Shown: positions 29,725 through 42,426 of the stretch, piece after piece
How the letters are laid out: each line of letters begins with the position of its first letter
Numbering within the stretch: the first letter of the stretch is position 1
Assembly: GCA_964016885.1 (NCBI GenBank)
Contig: OZ024751.1
Coordinates: 39,122,001 to 39,186,000, forward strand
Source: Eledone cirrhosa
Lineage: Eukaryota
DNA length: 64,000 bases
Reading direction: 5' to 3'
The notes under the pieces: model-generated
Databases searched by the model: none
What the model was told of the DNA's origin: nothing
The model's input: the letters and a program-made list of their open reading frames with translations, nothing else
Translations under genes and position numbers: made by a program

Positions 29725-30670
29725 ATGTGTATGTGTGAGTGTACGCTTGCCTATGTGTGTATGTATGTGTGAGTGTACGCCCGTCTATGTGTGTATGTAT
29801 GTGTGAGTGTACACTCGTCTATCTGTGTATGTATGTGTGAGTGTACACACGTCTATGTGTATATGTATATGAGTGAACACTCGTCTATGTGTGTATGTAT
29901 GTGTGAGTGTACGCCCGTCTATGTGTGTATGTATGTGTGAGTGTACACTCGTCTATGTGTGTATGTATGTGTGAGTGAACACTCGTCTATGTGTGTATGT
30001 ATGTGTGAGTGAACACTCATCTATGTGTGTATGTATGTGTGAGTGAACACTCGTCTATGTGTGTATGTATGTGTGAGTGAACACTCGTCTATGTGTGTAT
30101 GTATGTGTGAGTGAACACTCGTCTATGTGTGTATGTATGTGTGAGTGAACACTCATCTATGTGTGTATGTATGTATGAGTGTACGCCCGTCTATGTGTGT
30201 ATGTGTGTGTGAGTGTACACTCGTCTATGTGTGTATGTATGTGTGAGTGAACACTCATCTATGTGTGTATGTATGTGTGAGTGTACGCCCGTCTATGTGT
30301 GTATGTATGTGTGAGTGTACACCCGTCTATGTGTGTATGTATGTGTGAGTGTACACTCGTCTATGTGTGTATGTATGTGTGAGTGAACACTCGTCTATGT
30401 GTGTATGTATGTGTGAGTGAACACTCATCTATGTGTGTATGTATGTGTGAGTGTACGCCCGTCTATGTGTGTATGTATGTGTGAGTGTACACCCGTCTAT
30501 GTGTGTATGTATGTGAGTGAACACTCGTCTATGTGTCTATGTATGTGTGAGTGTACGCCCGTCTATGTGTCTATGTATGTGTGAGTGTACACCCGTCTAT
30601 GTGTGTATGTATGTGAGTGAACACTCGTCTATGTGTGTATGTATGTGTGAGTGTAAGCCCGTCTATGTGT
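29725..30670. repeat. 34-bp minisatellite, ~28 copies
   Basis: Unit GTGTGAGTG(T/A)ACACTCGTCTATGTGTGTATGTAT. Confidence 0.95.
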
Positions 30671-31107
30671 GAATGCATGCTTGCAAATTTAGTTATAAGC
30701 GTGTGTGTGTGAGTTCACATTTGCCTCACTGTATGAAGGAATGTATCTCTAAGGTGTTTACAAGAAATAAGTTTTTTTCTCTGCTATACTTAATAGCCCA
30801 CATAATCTCTAGTCTGTGTTTGTTATTCCCTAACACGATAAATGTCGGCTGTTTATTCTTGGCGAACATACTGAAGGTTTGGCACATATCTTCGTATAAT
30901 AAAGAAACTCCCTCACACAAACAACGGTGTTTAAATATATGAACTCTATCAAAGATATACACTCATTCAAATCGCATGTAGAAATTCAAGAAGAAATTAG
31001 CAGGTGGTTCACATACATGAATGTAGAGGAATTCTCACTGATACACACACACACACACACCAAGCATGAGGAACATACACAAATACATTCATTCGTAAAA
31101 ATACATG

Positions 31108-31205
<98 letters not shown>

Positions 31206-31328
31206 CATGTATATATGTTCATAGGCTGTGAAGTTAACATGCCAACAAAACAGACTAACTAGGACAAGATTATATCTAGTTCATACACCTAATCACTTGA
31301 AAGTGATTTCTTTCTTACATTTTATTAT

Positions 31329-31390
<62 letters not shown>

Positions 31391-31485
31391 TTTCTACACA
31401 TTTCTTTTGAATCTTCCGCTACATAAACAGAAATATGCCTAAACTCTCTTTGATACAAGCATTTATTTGAATTTCGTTTATTGTT

Positions 31486-31552
<67 letters not shown>

Positions 31553-31568
31553 CAGCAGCAGCGGCAGC

Positions 31569-31620
<52 letters not shown>

Positions 31621-32295
31621 ATATTTACATTTTTCCTATCCTAAAATCTTTTCCTTTTGTTCTTCCAAATTCCTCTCTACGTTCAGGTAAAGCTTTTATT
31701 TTCATAATTTTACTTAATTCTCTTGATAAATTAATTTATATTTATGTTTTCATTTCATTTTAAAAAAATTTTTGCACAGATATATTTTAACTCCGGATTT
31801 TCATTTCTTTTTATATTTTTTTTTTTATTTTTTGCTTTTTTATTTGTATTTCTTTTTGTTGTTTCTTCTGTTTGTTTCTTGATGTTGCTGTTGCATTTCT
31901 CTCTTCTTTTCTTTTTTTTTGCATCAAAGGAATTCTATAGAAAGATTTCAAAATGTCTTTCTGGATTTCATGATGAAAGATTTAAAAAAGAAAAATATTG
32001 TATTTGAATAAATCTTCATTAGAGAATTCGATGTTTATTTATGAACTTTTCTACAAAGAATCGGCAGAGTTTTCTCAGTCGTGTTAGTGGAAACAAAGAT
32101 GTATAAAGATTGATTGCTACACAATCTGTTAAGAAACAACTGCTTCAAATGTACGGAACTTAACCCAGACGTTTGGAATAAAAAAATACACGATTGCTTC
32201 TTTTTTATTGCAATGGATCATATATATCGATTTCTGTGGGCTGATTATCATTTAATTTTAGTTCAGATCTCAAATTCGTTCTTTTAAAATCGATA

Positions 32296-32714
32296 TACGA
32301 GGGCCGGGTGAAAAGTTCATAGGCTGACTATGAAAGAATGATGCTAGAGCTGTGAAATATTGCATGCAACAATTTCAAATCTTCTTATTAATAACTGCAT
32401 TATTTCTTTCCAGGGTGGTAGATTGGCAGTATCCTTAGAGGGTCGGACGCCATGCTTTGCAGTATAGAGTTACGCCCCTTTATGATCTGAGTTCAAATCC
32501 CGCCAAGGTTAACTTTACCTTTCTTCCTTACAGGGTCGATAAAATAAAGTACTAGTAATGTAGTGGGTAATTGCTGGCCTTGTGCCAAAAGTAGAAGCAA
32601 TTATTTCTTCCCAGGGACTATATTGAAAAATATACCTCATTTGGTCATTCCATGAGAGTATCTTGCTCAATCTATGAACTTTTAAGCCTATGGCATTAAC
32701 AGCCACCCGTCGTA
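32296..32714. mobile_element. Mariner-type MITE (SINE-interrupted)
   Basis: Starts TA-CGAGGGCCGGGTGAAAAGTTCATAGGCTGA and ends CTATGAACTTTTAAGCC..CACCCGTCG-TA. Confidence 0.7.
32413..32603 (+). mobile_element. Meta-like SINE nested in a mariner MITE
   Basis: Same family; TSD-like ATTATTTCTTTCCAGG / ATTATTTCTTCCCAGG. Confidence 0.88.
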
Positions 32715-32804
32715 TAAAGTACGTGTCCAGGGACCTTGGTGGGTTGGTGGCTTTGTTTAAAAGAGTCAAATCTTCTTATTAATAACTGCATTATTTCTTT
32801 CCAC

Positions 32805-32992
32805 GGTGGTGGTTTGGCAGTATCGGTAGAGCGTCGGACGCCATGCTTTCTAGCATAGTTACGTCCCTTTACGGACTGAGTTCAAATCCCGCCGAGGTTA
32901 ACTTTGCCTTTCATCCTTACGGGGTCGATAAAATAAAGTACCAGTAATGTACTGGGTAATTGCTGGCCTTGTGCCAAAAGTAGAAACAATTA
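32805..32992 (+). mobile_element. tRNA-derived Meta-like SINE
   Basis: Full head, core and tail. Confidence 0.9.
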
Positions 32993-33665
32993 TATATATA
33001 TATATATGTGTGCGTGTGTGTGTGTGTGTGTGTGCGTGCGTGCGTGTGTGTCTGTGTGTATGTGCGTATGTATGTAAACAAGCTTACTTATGTGTAACCT
33101 CTGTATGTTTTGGTTCAGTGCATATATTTTGTGGATATTCGCGTGAGTATTTGTGTCTAAATATTTGATCAAAAATCTACTTTTTGCCTTTATCATATAT
33201 ATTCTTACTACATAATAACATAATACAGGGATCGATGCCAAGAGAGAAGAAAATCAAAAGAAATTGATATAGAATTAGCCTAACTATCTCACAGAGATTC
33301 TTCCGTAGAAGCCTTGGCAGACATCTTGTTTTTCAGCCAACAATTTAAAATGTTATTAAACTTTATTGGATTCAACTGTTAACATTTGCCAACAACAATT
33401 ATTACAAAATGTTCCACACCTTATCTTTCTTTGGAATCATATTGATATTTCGATGAATTCATAAATAATTAAGAATTGTTTTCTTATTTGCCAAAGGGGG
33501 CGCTATGGCGAGAAGAAAAAAATGTCTATTGTTCGCTATAACTTGATATGTTATTAAGATATTGTGATGCTCCAGACGGATTTAATACTATTGCTACAGC
33601 TGTTGCTTTTCTCATTCTTATACATATATATTTCATTGAGGAAGTCAAGAAGTTAAATTTATTTC

Positions 33666-33704
<39 letters not shown>

Positions 33705-33798
33705 GTAGAACACTGGAAGGGAATATCTGTAGTGGTAGAGCACTCAGTCCATGGGACGAGTTAGGTAGAAGTGGTTATACAACAGTTAGTTCACCATA

Positions 33799-33838
33799 CC
33801 GAGAACAATTGTTTCACCTTAGCGGATCCTCAGCTCGG
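33799..33838 (-). ncRNA. Mirror copy of the 33877 hammerhead
   Basis: Exact reverse complement within palindrome 33769-33946. Confidence 0.75.
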
Positions 33839-33876
33839 AATGGGCATCGTTATAGGAACATATAACCATGCCCATT

Positions 33877-33916
33877 CCGAGCTGAGGATCCGCTAAGGTG
33901 AAACAATTGTTCTCGG
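33877..33916 (+). ncRNA. Minimal type I hammerhead ribozyme motif
   Basis: CCGAG-CTGAGGA-TCC(GCTAA)GGT-GAAA-CAATTG-TT-CTCGG: 5-bp stem I, palindromic stem III, weak stem II. Confidence 0.75.
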
Positions 33917-33943
33917 TATGGTGAACTAACTGTTATGTAACCA

Positions 33944-33975
<32 letters not shown>

Positions 33976-33980
<5 letters not shown>

Positions 33981-34117
33981 AATAATAATATATGTGAAGA
34001 CTAAAATCCAAAGAGGGCTTGATAAGGATAAATATATATCAAATATATGAGAACCCTAGAGCAAATATTTATTAAAATAACAGATTAAAGTTTAAGCAAA
34101 GAATCGCTGCTTTTACC
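33976..34117 (-). mobile_element. (TA)n-adjacent element, family D (copy 2)
   Basis: Direct match to 26086-26225. Confidence 0.6.
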
Positions 34118-34124
34118 GCACTGT

Positions 34125-34445
34125 ATGAAGTGAAATCCCTTACGCTTTGTTAGTCACGAATGACAATGGGATGGGTTTTGCAATTAGAAATTTCCCCTCT
34201 GAAGGACAGGCTGTTTTTGTAGAAGATCAGCACTCACCTATCCATACCAATCTCCACTCTCGACGCCACCGGTGTCATTCAAGAGAAAGACAAAAAAACG
34301 ATACATCTTGGCATCAGTGCCGTCATAACTCATTTCTACAGTTGAGTGAATGGGAACAACGTGAAATAAATTGTCTTGCTCAAAACGCAACGCATCCTCC
34401 GGTCAGGAAATTGAACTCACAACCTTTGAATCATTAAACCATCGT
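34125..34445 (-). mobile_element. Degenerate tRNA-derived SINE (OK-like)
   Basis: CAACGTGAAATAAATTGTCTTGCTCAA..GGAAATTGAACTCACAACC is the reverse complement of the head at 57856-57974. Confidence 0.7.
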
Positions 34446-35863
34446 CGTAATTAGGACAACTTTGACTTCGTTCCATCGATTTCGATATAAACGTACGAGG
34501 TCACTACTGGGGTTGATTTTTCTATATTTCTTTCTCACGTCTCTCACCACCTCTTTGTCTTTCCCTCTCATTCTATATCTCACTCCCTCTACCCCTCTCT
34601 CTCTACCCCTCTCTCTACCTCTCTCTATACCTCTCTTTCTGTTTATTGACTGTGTTCTGGCCTGGAGATGGAATGTGCTTCGACAATTTTAAAACGCCTA
34701 ATATCACTTGGATGCCATTACGGGTCTATCAGGAGTTAGACTACCTACATATAGATATTATCCTAATAGCCAAGCATTTACCCAAAGTTACGCAACTTCT
34801 ATAACCTTCATTATGAGATATTTCGCTAGTTCAATGCTTATCATGATAATGTGAAATATATAAGTATGTGTTAGAAATATATAATTATTATGTTATTTCC
34901 TCTACAGCACGGTAGCCACTTTAAATCATTATGTAATGAATTTGTAAACGTTTCAAACACATGGCCTCTAGTAAGAGAATCATTTGCATCTAATTTATCT
35001 TATATTGACTATCTATCTATCTAGTAGAGGTTTTAAGAAACAAGATTAAATAAATAAAACTTTTTACGTTCATTATAATTCCACATCTTGTACGGACGTA
35101 AATGTATTTGCTCATAATAGCTAGATGTTTTCATTCCTATAATTACATTGCTACATTAAGTAACATACAGACTTAACATATTTTATTATCACCATTACAT
35201 GAAACCGAGACAGTGCCGTTTGACTTTTATAGCACCTCAAGGGAGCTTTGACATCATTTCGTCTTCTTCTCCTGTTACATAAACGCCTATATAATACTGC
35301 GCAGATGAAAGGTCTTAACGTGCGCTTTTTAATGGCTGTATACGGACACTCGTTTGCTCTCGTTATTGTCAAGTTGCTATGAATACGGGAACCCGAAGCG
35401 AATAATTCACAATGAAAACAATCGAAAAATAATTGAATTGTTCAGCTTATTATCTGTGTCTCATTTATTCCTAGAATTTAATTAAACTTGCTGAAAAGCT
35501 AGACATTATATAAATCACATAATTATTTAGAAACTGGGCTTCTGTAACCAATAATTTAATATTTAATTCCAGGTAAGACAATTGTATGGTAACTTATTTG
35601 ATATAGTTTTCTTGTCTGGTAATCAGTGAACAAGATTTCATATTACCACGTGGTTTCACAAACATATATTTTCCTCTGAATATGTATAATAATCTAAGGT
35701 TGATGGAACCTCAAAGAAGCTGCTCCCCTTGCTGGAAATAGCAGCCTAAGATTTGATATACCATGGATGATCAGAACTGGACAAATGCAGACACACACTC
35801 ATATACACAAACTAACAAACACACACTACCTCTTTTTCTACAAATACATATACATACATACAT

Positions 35864-35909
<46 letters not shown>

Positions 35910-35911
<2 letters not shown>

Positions 35912-36063
35912 AGGGCAGGTAAAATTCCCGAGATCCATGGACGAGTTCTCTCCAGCGGTCTCTGTCCCTCATAATCGGTGCCATGTCCTGCGTGTCCAAC
36001 AGACCGGTGTCTGTCCTTAGGGCATCAACATACGTTAACTTTGGTCTTCCTCTTCCAGTGTGC
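35910..36063 (-). mobile_element. 5'-truncated RTE-like LINE 3' end (copy 1)
   Basis: Minus strand reads TGRGRPKLTYVDALRTDTGLLDTQDMAPIMRDRDRWRELVHGSREFYLP*. A near-identical copy lies at 62392-62545. Confidence 0.78.
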
Positions 36064-36413
36064 TCATGCATGTATGTATATGTGTATATATAGGAGTCAT
36101 GAGTAAAGGTTGGTGTTCGGATTTAAATGTTTGCTGAAAGTTAGTAGACTGATTGGAACAGTAACGGTCTTATATATAAAATTCGGGTTGATTCGTACGG
36201 TGGAAACTATACAGATTAGCAATACAGCGTACGGCTACTGTGGAGTAGGATCCCCACAGGCGGTTTTATCCAAATATTTCTGTCTCTATGGTTTTTTACC
36301 CAGGCATATTCGACTATTTTAGAGTTAAACTGTATTATGGCTGGTTTCCGAATTTTAAACATTTTAAATATTCTTTCAGATTTTCAAACAAATTTGCCCC
36401 GTGCTTTGCAAAC

Positions 36414-36448
<35 letters not shown>

Positions 36449-36525
36449 AATATACACACATATGTATGTGTATATATATATATATATATATAGATATGTA
36501 TATACATACATATGTATGTATGTAT

Positions 36526-36587
<62 letters not shown>

Positions 36588-36670
36588 GTATATACATACA
36601 TATGTATGTATGTGTATATATTTATATATATATATATTATATATATATATATACGTATATATATATATAC

Positions 36671-36730
<60 letters not shown>

Positions 36731-37479
36731 TCTTTGAAATACCGAATATACTATCGATATTACAAATGAATTAACCGGAGTATTCAAAGGGGTTATTGAT
36801 TTTTTTTTAAATGTTTAATGTTGTAAATTCTGAGGGAGGAGTTTTCGTCGATTGTGAAAAAAAAAACTCCCTGTTTGATTGGTGCTAATTTTATTGACTA
36901 CGGATTGATGAAAGGCAAGAAATCGACTATTTTGAAATATCAACTGAGAATCTATAGGTACATTTTTACAACACCAACACCTATTTATTTGAAATATTAA
37001 TTTGTCTCCACTTAAACTATATTGATTACCTGCGAAAATGTTTAGTATGACTTCTTTCGTTTTGTTAACAAGTAACCACATATCTCTACCCGAGTTCAGC
37101 ATCGATAAATTTACATGGTTCTGTTCAACTTAACTCTCATGATATATTCTGTTTAAACAAATGGGTGGGTTTACCTGCAAAGAAATCTTTCTGACATTAA
37201 CACAAGGTCAGTAATTTGTTAGAAATACAATGTCGCTTATATTAACCACAGTACATAGCTGTTACTATATTTTGTCGATGTATGCCAAAGTTGAGCTCGG
37301 CAAGATTTGAAGTCGTAAGTAAATACTACAAATCATATTTTCCATCTGGTTACATTAACCACATCCTAGCTCTGACTAAAACTAAAGACAACCACGTTCG
37401 TCTAACAACATTCACACAACCAACGCTTACAATGAAGGCAAAACAAAAACACAACCAAAGTTAAATGCCTGGGCTAAAC

Positions 37480-37953
37480 ACTGTGAAGGAATGATGGTAA
37501 AGCTGTGAAATCTTGCATGCATTAATTACAACTCTTATCATCAATAACTGCATCGTTTCTTTCCAGAGACTATGCTGAAACATAAACCTTATGTGGTCAT
37601 TCCATGAGAGTATCTTGGTCTGCCTATGAAGGAATGATACTAGAGCTGTGAATCCGTACATTCATTTATTTCAACTCTTCTTATTAATAATTAATTTTTT
37701 TCTTTCCAGGAACTATGTTAAAAAATAAACCACATTTGGTCATTCCATGAGAGTATGGTGATCTGCGTATGAATGAATGATGCTAAAGCTGTGAAATTTT
37801 GCATGCATTAATTTCAACTATTCGTATTAATAACTGCTTTTTTTCTTTCCAGGAACTGAATTAAAAAATAAACCACATTTGATCATTCCATGAGTGTATC
37901 TTGGTCAGCCTATGAATAGTTCAGCCTATGAACTTTTCAGCTGACCGTCATAT
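37480..37953. mobile_element. Same mariner MITE family with its ~143-bp interior amplified about three times
   Basis: AGCTGTGAA at 37501, ~37645 and ~37787; GTCATTCCATGAGAGTAT repeated; right TIR TCAGCCTATGAACTTTTCAGCTGACCGTCA-TA. Confidence 0.72.
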
Positions 37954-38000
37954 ACCAACTGGAAGTGTAGCTTCTTCAAGATATTAATTATCCTAATATA

Positions 38001-38394
38001 AGGCGGTGAATTGGCAGTATCGGTAGAGGGTTGGACGCCATGCTTTCCAGCATAATTACGTCCCTTTACGATCTGAGTTCAAATCCCGACGAGGTTGACT
38101 TTGCCTTTCATCCTTACGGGGTCGATAAAATAAAGTACCAGTAATGCACTGGGTATTTGCTGGCCTTGTGCCTAAAGTGGAAACAATTAATTATCCTAAT
38201 ATAAGGCGGTGAATTGGCAGTACCGGTAGAGGGTTGGACGCCATGCTTTCTAGCATAGTTACGTCCCTTTACGGTCTAAGTTCAAATCCCGTCGAGAGTA
38301 ACTTTGCTTTTCATCCTTACGGGGGTCGATAAAATAAAGTACCAGTAATGCACTGAGTAATTGCTGGCATTGTGCCAAAAGTAGAAACAATTAA
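38001..38394 (+). mobile_element. Two tandem full-length Meta-like SINEs
   Basis: Copies at 38001-38189 and 38203-38394; ATTAATTATCCTAATATA occurs before, between and after them. Confidence 0.9.
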
Positions 38395-39590
38395 TTATCC
38401 TAATATAGAGTTGTGTAACATAACACAGCTGCTGTAATATTATTGATAGAATCTGGCTATATATATACTGTGGGGCATTTCTTGGTTCTGCCATCAGCAG
38501 CGGCAGCTTTATCACCATCATCGTCGTCATGAACATCATCATCATCATCATCATCGTCATCATCATCATCATCATCGTCATCACCATCATCATCACCATT
38601 ATCATCATTATCATCATCGTCATCGTCATCATCATCATTGCCATTATCATCATTATCATCATCGTAATCGTCATCATCATCATTACCATTATCATCATCA
38701 TCATCATCACCATCATCATCACCATCATTATCATCATCGTCATCGTCATCATCATTACCATTATCATCATTATCATCATCGTCATCGTCATCATCATCAT
38801 TGCCATTATCATCATTATTATCATCATCATCACCATCATTGCACTTATCATCATCATCTTCGTCATTATCATCATCATCATCATTGCCATTATCACCATT
38901 ATCATCAACGTCATCATCATCATCACTAGCAGCTTCTTAATGATCATTTTCCTTTTAATCTTCTTCATTCTTCAGAATCATTATCATTATCTACTTAATC
39001 ATCCACATTTATTTAATCGTCATCATCTTCTTCTTCTTTTTCTTCTTTTTCTTTTTCTTCTTTTTCTTCTTCACCTTCTTCTTATTATTATTCTTATTCT
39101 TATTCTTATTCGTCACCTTCTTCTTCTTCACCTTCTTCTTCCCCTTCTACCTCTACATCACCCACCTTCCTCTATAGCTAACACTATATCCCCTTCTATC
39201 CACTTCACCCGGCACCCACCCACCCCACCACCAATTCTACCAACCCAATCAATTGACACGTCCAGGTGTAGCGTTCTATTACTATTATCACACAGTTCGA
39301 TAATCAGATAAATAAAGAGAAGGATAAATAGAGAATGTGATTCAGATCAATAGAGAATGGCTGAGAGATTTAAAGAGAGAGACAGACAGTGAGAGAGAGT
39401 GTGTGTGTGAGAGATTTAAAGAGGGAGAGACGGGGGAGAAAGAGAGAGAGGGGGGAGAGAGTGGGAGAGAGAGGGTAGAGAGTGAGAGAGAGAGAGAGAG
39501 TGAGAGAGAGAGGCAATGAGAAAGTGGCTGAAACAGTTTATTTAAATACATTTTACGTCCTTCGTAAACATATGCATAAGTTTATGTGTA

Positions 39591-40560
<970 letters not shown>

Positions 40561-41010
40561 CATATATGCATATGTATGTATTCGTATGTACATACAAGCA
40601 TATATATATATATATATACGTATGCATGATGTATGCATATATATATATGCATTTATGTATGCATGCCTATATATATATGTGTGTGTCTGTGTATGCGTGT
40701 GTATGAGCGTGTGTGTGTGTATATCTTTATACTTTATTCAATTAAGCCAATAAAATCAACTGATATTTTCTCCTCATACGTTTTATGTCATGAGATGTTA
40801 ACTAATGCCTCATCTTCTCTCTCCTCTCTTCTCTCTTCTCATCTTCTCATCTTCTGATCTTCTCTCTCCTCTCTTCTCATCTCTTCTCTCTTCTCATCGT
40901 CTCGTCTTCTCTCTTCTCATCATTTCCTAAACACATTTTCTTTGTTTTTATATTGCTGTAAATATATATATATATATATATTTATGTAAACATAAATATA
41001 TATATTATTG

Positions 41011-41108
<98 letters not shown>

Positions 41109-41117
41109 TAAATATAT

Positions 41118-41172
<55 letters not shown>

Positions 41173-41193
41173 AATATAAATATATATAAATAT

Positions 41194-41243
<50 letters not shown>

Positions 41244-42286
41244 GTGTAAATATATATTTATTTCTCTGCTGGAACGTTTTACTTAATTAACCCATTTCAC
41301 ACCTTTGGCAGCTTTACTTTTCTCATTCTTTCATGCTTCATCCCAACACCAGAACCATCCAACCGACAGACAGGCCGACTGACAGACAGACAGAATAAAA
41401 GACAGACTGACAGACCATCCAACTAACTCTCCTGTTGGATGTGAAGTAACAATAACAACAAGAATAACAACCACAACAACAACAACAGCAACAACAGCAA
41501 CAACAACAACAACAGCAACAACAGCAACAACAGCAACAACAGCAACAACAGCAACAACAACAGCAACAACAGCAACAACAGCAACAACAGCAACAACAGC
41601 AACAACAACAGCAACAACAGCAACAACAGCAACAACAGCAACAACAACAACAACAGCAACAACAGCAACAACAACAGCAACAGCAGCAACAACAGCAACA
41701 ACAATTTCGTAACGATAAATAAAATATTGAATCAAATAGACTACAAACATCACATAAATATTCTGCACATGTTACTACTATTACTACTGCTACTACTACT
41801 ACTGCTACTGCTGCGACTGCTACTACTACTACTACTATTACTACTACTACTACTATAACTACTGCTGCTTTGACTGTTGCTACTACATACACTACTACTA
41901 CTACTACTGATGCTACTGCTGCTGCTGCTGCTACTACTACTACTACTATAACTACTGCTGCTTTGACTGTTGCCACTACATCCACTACTACTACTACAAC
42001 GATTACTACTACTACTACTACTGCTGCGTTACGCAAGACGTCCAATTTCTACACCGATTTATCAATTTTCAAATTCCAATTGATATCAGAAATAGACAAG
42101 TACACAGCTTGGCGTGAGAATGAACGCCATTAAAAGTTTTTACTTATTAAAATAACATTAAAATGTTATGCTTATAACCTATATCTGTCCATACATGCGA
42201 CTATGATATATATTTATGGTGTTATATATGTGGTGTTATATATTATGCAGTTACTGTTGGACAAAGTTATATAGAAACATATATGG

Positions 42287-42327
<41 letters not shown>

Positions 42328-42426
42328 TGGAGGAAGAGAGAGAAGGGGAGAGAGAGGGGGAGGGGAGACACAGAGAGAGTGACAGTTAGAGAGAGAGTAA
42401 GAAAGAAATAGATAGATAAATAGATA

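Larger units (their letters stand above)
33701..33946 (-). mobile_element. Penelope-like pLTR fragment with fold-back; palindrome 33769-33946
   Basis: 86-bp arms with few mismatches, 6-nt loop GGAACA, hammerhead in each arm, (TA)n on both sides. Confidence 0.7.

Noticed and set aside
36085-36415. Possible LINE/PLE coding remnant between TA runs
   Set aside because: No diagnostic motif in the frames examined and no hammerhead seen.
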